Shown here piece by piece: positions 50,149-58,852 of a DNA stretch of 64,000 nt. Location: contig JAMPHZ010000007.1 of NCBI GenBank assembly GCA_023663145.1, forward strand, positions 23,028 through 87,027, in the 5' to 3' direction. Positions within the stretch are counted from its first letter, which is position 1. Every line of letters starts with the position of its first letter. This DNA comes from Odoribacter sp. GTDB lineage: Bacteria; Bacteroidota; Bacteroidia; Bacteroidales; Muribaculaceae. Under the pieces are notes generated by a model. It was given only the letters and a program-made list of their open reading frames with translations, made no database searches and was not told the origin of the DNA. A program made the translations under genes and the position numbers.

Positions 50149-51444
50149 ATGTCGCGATTGGCTGTTATCTCACTCATGATTGCTGTAGCTGTATTCAAGG
50201 CAGCAGCACAATGTCATGGTGTGGTGGTGGCTGATTCGCTTACGGGAAGTCCTTTACCAGGCGCATCGGTATTTGATTCCAAGGGAAATGCCATAGGTGT
50301 AGGTAATTCAGCCGGTCGCACGCCTGTAATTCCCGGCACGGCCTATCCCATAACAGTGCGCTATCTGGGGTATGAGGAGTGCACAGTGGCTGATTGCACT
50401 ACTGATACAGTCTTTATGCGCGAGAGTTTCACGGAGTTGCCGGAGGTGATTGTAGAGTCGCGCCAACACAAGGTCCTGCATATGCTTGCGTATGTACGCG
50501 AATACTCAACGTTGTCAACCTACACCGACACTGTTTTTCTTTTTCGCGAGAAGATGGTTGATTTTATGCTGACATCTGACGCGAAAGCTAAATTCAAGGG
50601 TTGGACTACCCCTCGTGTCATAAAGACGAAATCGTATTACCGGTTTACCAATAATATCGGCCTTGACAGCGTGAGTGATGTATGTAGCCATCACTTTTCA
50701 TGGTCGGATTGGCTGGGTCTGAGTCATGCTACCGTGATCCCGGCGATGCTGCTTTCCGCCGATTGTGTCACTGACACAGTGCGCGGAAAGTATAGCCCTG
50801 CTGAGATATGGATTAAAAATCATGACCGTATATCGGTTGATGTGAATGTGCTTGCTGATACGGTTGGCCGACGATGGGTCCCCGGGATGCAAGGCTTTTT
50901 CAGAAACGACGTTGATTTCGAGACATTCCGTATAAAACTTAATTATGATGACGTTACCGGTGATATCCTGTCTCCGCTTGACCTTTCCGGTTATTCTTTC
51001 AACATAGAGTCAAACGGGCGAGGTCATGATATATTCATGTTCAATCATATTGATGAGCCATGTTTTGTGAGTACATATGGAGAAGTTTATATAATTGATA
51101 AGGAATACATCACTGTAAAAGAAGCACGGAAGTGGCAGCGTCATAAATTCGATACCGATAATATTGCCATGATTGAGCCACCTGGGGCCCCTGACCTGCA
51201 ACCTGCTGTAATGGCCTTGGTAGAACGGGTGAACAGCTATGATCGCGAGGGTGTGAGATCTACGATTCCTCCTGACCAGAATATAGGATATCGCCCGGCT
51301 CACAACCACAATTTTAATTTTGGTTACAGGGCACTCTCGATGCTTAAACAGCTTACAGGAATAACACTTATACGATCACATAAGAAATTCAATAACAATT
51401 GGAAGGATTTCAGGGATAGAAATCGGCAGAACAAGAAGAGATAG
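50149..51444 (+). CDS. Secreted protein with N-terminal carboxypeptidase-regulatory-like domain
   Basis: VVADS.TG.PLPGASV...ITVRYLGYE...L.EV.V motif. Confidence 0.7.
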   Translation: MSRLAVISLMIAVAVFKAAAQCHGVVVADSLTGSPLPGASVFDSKGNAIGVGNSAGRTPVIPGTAYPITVRYLGYEECTVADCTTDTVFMRESFTELPEVIVESRQHKVLHMLAYVREYSTLSTYTDTVFLFREKMVDFMLTSDAKAKFKGWTTPRVIKTKSYYRFTNNIGLDSVSDVCSHHFSWSDWLGLSHATVIPAMLLSADCVTDTVRGKYSPAEIWIKNHDRISVDVNVLADTVGRRWVPGMQGFFRNDVDFETFRIKLNYDDVTGDILSPLDLSGYSFNIESNGRGHDIFMFNHIDEPCFVSTYGEVYIIDKEYITVKEARKWQRHKFDTDNIAMIEPPGAPDLQPAVMALVERVNSYDREGVRSTIPPDQNIGYRPAHNHNFNFGYRALSMLKQLTGITLIRSHKKFNNNWKDFRDRNRQNKKR

Positions 51445-51626
51445 CTGCGTTCAGCGGTTGCTGTGGCAGTTATGGGGCTACTTCTGTTCAGATGCTGACA
51501 TGCGGGCATATCCGGTGTGTCAAAAATGGCTGTGCCATTATTTCAAGAGTCCTATGGTGGTAACGTCAGATTGGTTGAGAACTTATGGTGTGTTCCTGTC
51601 GTTTTATCTACAAAAATAATAAAAAG

Positions 51627-52403
51627 ATGGATTTGAATTCATTGTATGATCTGACAGGAAAGGTCGCCGTTGTGACCGGTGGTGGCGACGGTATAGGTCG
51701 CGCCATATGTCTTGTCCTTGCTGCTGCAGGTGCCAAGGTAGTGGTAAGTGACCTGTCAATGTCGAAGGCGATATCTACTGCCAATGATATAAAGGCCACA
51801 GGAGGGGATGCAGTTGCAGTGGAATGTGACGTGTTGAACCAAGATGATCTGCAAAGGCTTGTCCGGGTCGCCATAGATACATGTGGCACTGTGAATATAT
51901 TGGTAAACAATGCCGGTATGGGAGGAGGTGGCCGCGAAAATCCATTCAAGATTGATCGCGCTTATGTAGAGCGTATCTATGCCATAAATGTATTTGCTCC
52001 TTGGCAATTAAGCCGTCTTGTAGCACCGTTTATGCAACAGTCGGGGTATGGCAGTATTGTGAATATAACTTCGATGAGCAGTATCAATAATGATCCGGAT
52101 ATGGCCATTTACGGCTCGTCAAAAGCAGCGCTTAACCACATGATGTCTAATCTCGCCTGTGACTACGGGCCTATGGGTATAAGAGTTAACTGCGTGGGTC
52201 CGGGTGCTACGCGCACCGGAGCGCTTGCTGCGGTGATCACACCTGATATAGAGGCCCGTATGCTGGCTCATACACCGATTAAGAGGCTCGGTGAACCTTG
52301 CGATATAGCCCATGCAGTGCTTTTCTTTGCGGCGCCGGTGTCATCGTGGGTAAGCGGCCAGACCCTTATGGTAAACGGAGGCGGTGTGCAGTCTCTAAAA
52401 TGA
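51627..52403 (+). CDS. hdhA: 7-alpha-hydroxysteroid dehydrogenase, SDR (likely start 51627)
   Basis: TGGGDGIG, NNAG, YGSSK catalytic motif. The C-terminal half closely tracks recalled E. coli HdhA (ITPDIEARMLAHTPIKRLGEP, SWVSGQ.L.V.GGGVQ). Confidence 0.8.
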   Translation: MDLNSLYDLTGKVAVVTGGGDGIGRAICLVLAAAGAKVVVSDLSMSKAISTANDIKATGGDAVAVECDVLNQDDLQRLVRVAIDTCGTVNILVNNAGMGGGGRENPFKIDRAYVERIYAINVFAPWQLSRLVAPFMQQSGYGSIVNITSMSSINNDPDMAIYGSSKAALNHMMSNLACDYGPMGIRVNCVGPGATRTGALAAVITPDIEARMLAHTPIKRLGEPCDIAHAVLFFAAPVSSWVSGQTLMVNGGGVQSLK

Positions 52404-52419
52404 TGGAGTGCCTGGTTTG

Positions 52420-52541
52420 TTAATTGTCTTTATTAGCCCGGCAGAATTTCCTGCAACAACAGTATCAGCCATTACGTCTTTTATCACCACACTCGCAGCA
52501 CCGACAACGGCGTTGTCACCTATGGTTATGTTGGCTTTTAA
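52420..52541 (-). pseudogene. 3' remnant of a hexapeptide-repeat (maltose/galactoside) O-acetyltransferase
   Basis: Manual translation LKANITIGDNAVVGAASVVIKDVMADTVVAGNSAGLIKDN*, preceded by an in-frame TGA; no start codon. Confidence 0.7.
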
Positions 52542-52691
52542 TCAGCGTTAAAATGATGTTTAAGCGGTCGAAAGAGCAAGAGAAAAAAGAAAGCGAAAAA
52601 AGAGATGATGTGCTCGTTTCCGTTTTCGCGATTATAGATTTAATCATTATTGTATGGTGAACCTTTATGTAACGGGTCATGTTCTATTCAC

Positions 52692-52937
52692 ATGACTGAT
52701 ATATTTATATATTGTGGTCTCCTGATTCTGCTTGCCGGAGTCGTATTCGGTTTCTTTTTAGCAATCAAGGGATTCAAGGAGACAGATTGGAATGCTGTAC
52801 GTAGCATATCAGTGTGGAGCAATTTCCAGCGCGGTGCGATGTCACCGCAGATGAAGCGACTTTCAAGGTTGTGGGTTAATATAATGATAATCGGTCTCAT
52901 ATTAGTAGGCATCGGTCTTACATTGAGTCCGAACTAA
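52692..52937 (+). CDS. Small two-TM hypothetical protein
   Basis: MTDIFIYCGLLILLAGVVFGFF...IIGLILVGIGLTL hydrophobic ends. Confidence 0.55.
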   Translation: MTDIFIYCGLLILLAGVVFGFFLAIKGFKETDWNAVRSISVWSNFQRGAMSPQMKRLSRLWVNIMIIGLILVGIGLTLSPN

Positions 52938-53127
52938 TAAAACTTGGACAACAAGAGCTTGTTGATGCAGGGGGGTAAGGTGTTGATTAGTAGCAGTGTG
53001 TAAATCCAAGCCGAACAAGTGACTCCGGTATGAACGTTTCTGTGGTCGGTTTGCGGACTTGAAAACATGCGCGGTCCCTATGCCGGACACGCGGTCGTTG
53101 ACCTAATGCGAGGTTAGTAAAATTTTA

Positions 53128-53835
53128 TCAGATAGCTAACTGAGTTTGATTTGCAATCTCCGCTTCATGCTTGGTAGGCATCGCACCGTGCCATGTGGTA
53201 AGTCCCATGAAATACTTATCGGCATCGGCCCGTTGGAATATGACCTCAGCGGCGGTATGACTGTGAGCAGAAAAGAGTATCTTGTTCTGCACCGTTTTGA
53301 AGAACCATTGCGTGGCCTAAGTCCGAGGGGTCATAGTCTATGCTTAGGGCATAAATCTCCAAAACCTTGCGGTAGAATACCTTTTCAGAAATACGTATGT
53401 TGCGAATTCTTGACAATAGCTCATCGAAATAATTGCCTTGTACAGCATTCTTCAGCAACTTGTCATTCAGTACGAATCCCTTTATCATATACTCCTTCAG
53501 CACCTGTGTGGCCCACTGCCGGAACTGCACGCCACGGTGCGAATTGACCCTGTACCCGGCACTGATAATCATGTCGAGATTATAGTATGCGATGTCGCGC
53601 TCAACCTTACGGGCACCTTCATCTTGCATTGTTGCAAAAATGCAACAGTTCGATTTTGCTCTAACTCACCGCTTTCAAAAACATTTTTGATATGTCTTGA
53701 AATAGTTGACTTATTGCGTTGGTAAAGCTCCGCCATCTGGTCAGCCGTGAGCCAAACAGTCTCATTAGCGAGGCGAACCTCAATTTTTGTATCGCCTCCC
53801 TGTGTCTGAAATAATATGATTTGTCCGGTATTCAT
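53128..53835 (-). pseudogene. rhuM: RhuM-family DNA-binding protein pseudogene (two frameshifts, one nonsense codon, 3' truncation)
   Basis: ETVWLT..QMAELY, YYNLDMIIS.GYRV.S.RG.QFRQWAT, DELL.RIR.IR.SEK.FYRK, then FF.TVQNK..F..H..TAAE in a third frame. Confidence 0.85.
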
Positions 53836-53842
53836 TATTGTT

Positions 53843-54880
53843 TCAATTAGAGGTTATCGCCACTTTTATAACGTTGTCGCGGCGGTTTTCAAATAGGTCG
53901 TAAGCCTCCTCAATCTGTGAGAATTGGAAGGTATGGGTAATCAGCGGAGTAGTGTCAATCTTACCTTCAGAGATAAGCCGAAGTATCTCGTCGCAGTCGC
54001 AACCATCAACGCCACCGATCTTGAACGTCAGATTTTTGCCATACATATCCGGCAATGGCAACACCTGTGGCTTGCCGTAAAGAGCTACGATAGAAACAAT
54101 CGCATTCGGTCGCGCCGTTTGCCAAGCCAACTGGAAAGTGTCATCCGCTCCCGCAACTTCAATCACACGGTCAGCACCGCCATGCTCCGAAAGCCGTAAG
54201 GTTTCCTCCAGACAATTCTCTGGGGATACGACAACTACATCCGGATAATGACTTTTTACAAACTCCTGACGTGCAGCATCCTTCTCACAGATAATAATCC
54301 GCTTCGGATTATATAGCCGAACGCACTGCAAAGTGCAAAGTCCGGTCGGCCCGGCACCGATAATCAGCACTGTATCCTCCTCACCAATCTCCGAAATCTT
54401 AGCCGCCCAATAACCGGTGGCAAGAATATCACCGACAAACAGAGCCTGCTCATTGCTCACATTATCTGGAATACGAGTCAGCCCATTGTCCGCAAACGGC
54501 ACACGCACAAACTCCGTCTGCCCACCATCAATCCGACAACCAAGTGCCCAACCGCCATTCGGGTCAGTGCAATTATTGACCCACCCATGACGGCAGAAGA
54601 AACACTCACCGCAGAACGTCTCCACATTCACCGCCACACGGTCGCCCGGCTTCACTTTAGTGACAGCCTCGCCAACACTCTCAACCACGCCGACCATCTC
54701 ATGCCCGACAGTAATTCCCGGCACAGCCTTCGGCACGCTCCCATGCTTGATATGCAGATCCGACGTGCAGATACTGCTCAGAGTCACTCTCACCACAGCA
54801 TCTGTCGCCTCCACAACCACCGGCTTCACCTTCTCCGTCACCTCAAACCGCCCTCTGGATATATACGTCAATGCTTTCAT
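53843..54880 (-). CDS. Zinc-dependent alcohol/aldehyde dehydrogenase (MDR, FDH-like subgroup)
   Basis: ICTSDLH, GHEMVG, CGECFFC....NNC structural Zn site, GDILATG, GAGPTG. Confidence 0.9.
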   Translation of the reverse strand: MKALTYISRGRFEVTEKVKPVVVEATDAVVRVTLSSICTSDLHIKHGSVPKAVPGITVGHEMVGVVESVGEAVTKVKPGDRVAVNVETFCGECFFCRHGWVNNCTDPNGGWALGCRIDGGQTEFVRVPFADNGLTRIPDNVSNEQALFVGDILATGYWAAKISEIGEEDTVLIIGAGPTGLCTLQCVRLYNPKRIIICEKDAARQEFVKSHYPDVVVVSPENCLEETLRLSEHGGADRVIEVAGADDTFQLAWQTARPNAIVSIVALYGKPQVLPLPDMYGKNLTFKIGGVDGCDCDEILRLISEGKIDTTPLITHTFQFSQIEEAYDLFENRRDNVIKVAITSN

Positions 54881-54936
54881 AATATAATTTTGTATCAGAT
54901 ATGAAAGTGGTGTGGGCTATACGTTATTGCATTGAC

Positions 54937-55974
54937 TTATGATTCCTCCACTGGGAGTTCTCTGCCAAAGTATGTACCATAAGATTTGCCAGAGACTTCT
55001 CCAACCTTATAATAATCGCCAATAAGTTTAAGAAGAATTTCGATATCTGATTCTTGAGATATAACAAGACGTCCGTTGGACGTTATATCTTTTTCTTTAT
55101 GACGTTTTGCAATTCGTTTCATGTTTTTGATAGCCTTATCATCAATCTGACGAATGCTTCCGACTTTTGCAATTCTTGCAAGTTTACGGTGAAGAGATGT
55201 ACCTGATTGTACTTTCTGAGATAGGATCTCTAAGCCGTCAATGCGTCCACAGGCTTCAAGATCTTTAACAACATTTTCTGCAGCTTCTTTGAATTCTTCT
55301 TGAATGCCAACTATTTGTTCAAAATTCAATTTGCGAAGCACAAAGAATGTTTCATCAAAGTATACACAGTCAACCGCACGGTCAAGTGCAACGACTTCAC
55401 CTTGTAGTAAGGTAAGTTTCTGACTTTTAGCGTTGAACAGCGTTTGAAAGAAAGACCGTTTCCCGCTTGCCTTCTCATCTATGGCTATCTTACTTCCAAG
55501 TATTCGTCTGAAAGTGTAAATAAAATTTCCATCATCTTCTTCGAATCCTACACAATATGCCCATAGCTCCTCATCTTTGCTTATAATCCCCTCAATGCTT
55601 TGCACTTTGGGGCACGGTTTTACTAGTTGGTTGATTACGACATCAGAGAATGCTAATTCTTTTTCTTTACCTTTTATCTTATAGGTAAAAAGAGATTCTG
55701 TGTCATCTGAAATTGGAGAATATTCTGATAGGGCGAGACCTTTCTTTATTACTCTATCCATCTCAGATATGGTGGCAGAGTAGAGATGGCCACGAATCTC
55801 ATCGTCTACATCAATTTGGTATACTTTGTAAATAAACTTTCCCATAACGGACTTTCTGCGCAATGCACTATCACGCAAAATCCTAGTCACAAAGTATAAC
55901 TTCGTATCGTCTGGTTTAGTCTGGGATATCCGTTCTCTCAGAGCCTCAATTTCAGTTGGAGAGCCTTTTCCCAT
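54937..55974 (-). CDS. kwaB: Kiwa anti-phage protein KwaB (DUF4868)
   Basis: FIYTFRR, D..VDCVY, NFEQIVG, KLA.I, G.YY C-terminal pattern; overlaps a KwaA-like TM gene. Confidence 0.8.
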   Translation of the reverse strand: MGKGSPTEIEALRERISQTKPDDTKLYFVTRILRDSALRRKSVMGKFIYKVYQIDVDDEIRGHLYSATISEMDRVIKKGLALSEYSPISDDTESLFTYKIKGKEKELAFSDVVINQLVKPCPKVQSIEGIISKDEELWAYCVGFEEDDGNFIYTFRRILGSKIAIDEKASGKRSFFQTLFNAKSQKLTLLQGEVVALDRAVDCVYFDETFFVLRKLNFEQIVGIQEEFKEAAENVVKDLEACGRIDGLEILSQKVQSGTSLHRKLARIAKVGSIRQIDDKAIKNMKRIAKRHKEKDITSNGRLVISQESDIEILLKLIGDYYKVGEVSGKSYGTYFGRELPVEES

Positions 55975-56572
55975 AAAATATTTTGAATCCTATTTGATAT
56001 AGTTTTATTTTCTCGTCCTCGGACATGCTATTCCCTTTCACGATTACTAACCCATCTCGTTGTTTATCCTTTCCACAGGTGTATTCTATATTGTAAATAG
56101 AATAACGAAGGTTAACTACAGGATTGATTAGTATCATATTGGAGCGGATATATACTCCATATATTATTGCCATTAAGAAGAAAAACGTAGTGACCTCTAC
56201 TACATCTTCACCATTGGTCGATATAAAGGGTATAATGTATGTTGCAATATATCCTAAAGACTCACTATTGCGGTTTTCTATTTTCTCGACAGTTGCTGTA
56301 TTACCATTTTTTGCATCTATGTCTAATTTTGACAAAAATATTCGACAACATAAGAGTGATAAAATAGAAATGAAGAGCAATATCAACGGTAACCAAAACA
56401 ATTTCAGACACAAAAATATACTGTCAAATGAAAATCCTCCAAATACAAGATAATCGCGTTTTATGAGCGTATATCTAATTGCTATTAAAAGAAATAATGG
56501 GATATATGACGTCAGGAAGAGCAGCAAAAGCGTCTTCCTATTCATCTCATTATTTCTAGTTATTGCTTCCAT
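55952..56572 (-). CDS. kwaA: Kiwa anti-phage transmembrane protein KwaA (start 56572 or 56545)
   Basis: FLTSYIPLF, N.ESLGYIATYIIPFI, IY.RSN.I.INP...L.YSIY; four TM segments. Confidence 0.82.
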   Translation of the reverse strand: MEAITRNNEMNRKTLLLLFLTSYIPLFLLIAIRYTLIKRDYLVFGGFSFDSIFLCLKLFWLPLILLFISILSLLCCRIFLSKLDIDAKNGNTATVEKIENRNSESLGYIATYIIPFISTNGEDVVEVTTFFFLMAIIYGVYIRSNMILINPVVNLRYSIYNIEYTCGKDKQRDGLVIVKGNSMSEDEKIKLYQIGFKIFYGKRLSN

Positions 56573-56575
56573 TAT

Positions 56576-58852
56576 TTAATTGTCTATTGAAAGCTTTTTC
56601 AATGTTGTATATATGGCATCATATCTTGATGGATCGCCACTGGGCAGTTTGCACCGTTGGCAGTCAAGGCTGGATGAGTCAAGCTCATCTGACATTTCGA
56701 TGTTGAGCAGGAGATAAAGATAATCTATCTCGTCGGGAATATCGTCCGGTTTCTTACGGTTACGGATATTCATGTACTCCACCGGAATATTCGGTTTCGG
56801 CACGACTTTCGGTTTCTCGCGCAACTTAAATAGATGTTGCGATGCTTGATTCCACTTATTAAAGAGGATGAAACCGATAGAGTCGATATTTTCGAGTAAT
56901 CGCATCCCCTCATCGTTATACAAGATAGGAACAGCAACTTTGCCGGTTTCTCTGAATTTAACAGCATTGTTGTCGTATTGCATATAGGCTAACATTACGA
57001 CACCATCTTTACCGGGAGTGGCTGCAATAGCAGTAGACGGAGGAGGCAAAAACGGGCGCGGGTCCACTCCAAGATTATTTAGTTTGACCCGAGAAAAAGC
57101 TGAATCAACAAGTTTGAGGATTCGAGCATTTTCAGCTGCCACTTCTGTGGCTACATTGGGGTCTCGCTCATATTCAGGATTGGCGAGAGCTAAAGCTACG
57201 ATACCTTTGTCCTCGTCGTATGGAGCAAAGACTTTTCCGATGATGTCTTTGAAGTTGAGTTTCAACCACTCCGAAAGATCTATGTTCGGAAAAGCACGAA
57301 GGGCGTGGAACTGGTATCGGTTGCTCAGTTCCTCGCGTATTTTGTCGCGGAATATGTTGCGGACTTTCTCGCGCCACTGCCGCTTTTGCATTGCATTGTC
57401 GCGAGCATAAAGCGACAGTACGAAAAGGAAGTTTACATCGTAGTGAGTAACAAGCAGAGTATCGCGGTCAAAGAGCCGATTAACATATTGTCGGGAAATG
57501 TGGGTCTTTGCCACTTTACCGGTTTCATCGATATGGTCGCGATAATTGAAGTCGGAAGGAACTTTGCCCGAAAGAAAAAAGTTTGGGATAACATTGTAGC
57601 CCTCTGTTACTTCGTCGCGGAGGCAAAAGTCGGTTTCCCTGCGGTCGCCTTGTTGCGCCTTTTCACCGAAAAACAGGTTGAGATTCCACTGAATTACATT
57701 GCGGGCGTAGGTGAACTGCTTAGCAACAGATTCACGTCCGATGCGATTCTTTTGCTTATAATACTTCGAGTCGCCGATGTAATAAGTGAGATGGTTGCTC
57801 TCTCGCTGTTCGTCTTCCTGGCTGGCACGGGTCAAAGAATCCCAGAGGAACAAATGGTCAACTTCCTTGCCGTCCTCCTGATGTTTGTTGATGCGGTCTG
57901 GGAAGGTGAAATCTCCGATAAGTTCGTCAATCATCGTTTCAAAAACAATGTTGAAGTTCTTTGCCAACAGGAACTCGTTCATTTGCGAAGCAATACGAAT
58001 TTGCTTTGATTGTTCAAAGAACGCAAAGCAAAGTTCCCAAAGTTCGAGAGCCTTGTCGGAGAAATACTTGTATTTAATCTGCCTGAGACGACGTATGCCG
58101 ATACCTTTTTCGAAGTACTGCCTGAAGCGTTTGCCGATGATGAGATCGTAATTGACGTTCACATCAACCGGGAAACCATACTCGCTTTTGATGTAATGTA
58201 AAATCGAGTAGAAGATAACAAGTAATTCCTCGTCGAAATTGACCTGCCGCTTTTTGGTTACAGGGTCGATATAGACAGGCTCGTTGTTCTGCACCACGAC
58301 TTGCGACTTGGCGATTGTTCGGTTCCAGTTTATCTTGTTATATCCTGAGTGGATATTCTTCAAGATGAACATAAACCAATCCTTGTTTCGCTTATTGAAG
58401 TCAATGAGCGAAAGCAGAATATCCAAGTAAGTATTGGCAGTGCGCTTTTTGCCGCGACCTTGTCTGACGATGTTTTGATGCCGGATTATGGTATGGTCGC
58501 GGTTTGAGGTCTTGCAGTCTTCTCGATAGACGGCAATAGCGCGGTATATCCAAACAGCCAAGCCGTAAATGAACTCCCGTTCCGTTTTTGTCAGAGGCGA
58601 GCCGTCGGCTTCAAGGTCTATGATGTCTTCGGGGCGGTGTCGCCCGAACACTTTCTCTTGACCTCCTGCCTCGTTGGCTTCGAGCACTACCTTAGGAAGA
58701 ATGAATACACTCTCCTGCTCGGCGGCATGATAATAGTAGCCAACGTAGTTGACTCTAACTTTGCCGTCGACAGGGTCGAGCTCGTCAATATTGGGAAACA
58801 ACTTGGTAACGGCTTCGACAGGGTAGTCATATTCCTCTGTAAGTAGTTTCAT
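56576..58852 (-). CDS. LlaJI-family (McrC-like) restriction endonuclease with C-terminal extension
   Basis: YVGYY, FILPKV, INWNRTI, FNIVFETMIDELI, VD...YIGDSKYY PD-(D/E)xK motif. Confidence 0.82.
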   Translation of the reverse strand: MKLLTEEYDYPVEAVTKLFPNIDELDPVDGKVRVNYVGYYYHAAEQESVFILPKVVLEANEAGGQEKVFGRHRPEDIIDLEADGSPLTKTEREFIYGLAVWIYRAIAVYREDCKTSNRDHTIIRHQNIVRQGRGKKRTANTYLDILLSLIDFNKRNKDWFMFILKNIHSGYNKINWNRTIAKSQVVVQNNEPVYIDPVTKKRQVNFDEELLVIFYSILHYIKSEYGFPVDVNVNYDLIIGKRFRQYFEKGIGIRRLRQIKYKYFSDKALELWELCFAFFEQSKQIRIASQMNEFLLAKNFNIVFETMIDELIGDFTFPDRINKHQEDGKEVDHLFLWDSLTRASQEDEQRESNHLTYYIGDSKYYKQKNRIGRESVAKQFTYARNVIQWNLNLFFGEKAQQGDRRETDFCLRDEVTEGYNVIPNFFLSGKVPSDFNYRDHIDETGKVAKTHISRQYVNRLFDRDTLLVTHYDVNFLFVLSLYARDNAMQKRQWREKVRNIFRDKIREELSNRYQFHALRAFPNIDLSEWLKLNFKDIIGKVFAPYDEDKGIVALALANPEYERDPNVATEVAAENARILKLVDSAFSRVKLNNLGVDPRPFLPPPSTAIAATPGKDGVVMLAYMQYDNNAVKFRETGKVAVPILYNDEGMRLLENIDSIGFILFNKWNQASQHLFKLREKPKVVPKPNIPVEYMNIRNRKKPDDIPDEIDYLYLLLNIEMSDELDSSSLDCQRCKLPSGDPSRYDAIYTTLKKLSIDN

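Noticed and set aside
52424-52660. 78-aa plus-strand ORF from the track
   Set aside because: Largely the antisense shadow of the acetyltransferase remnant plus junction sequence.
53131-53143. TAG-C-TAA-C-TGA three-frame stop, resembling a synthetic linker
   Set aside because: No vector or adapter sequence is adjacent; it coincides with the natural rhuM truncation and is probably chance.
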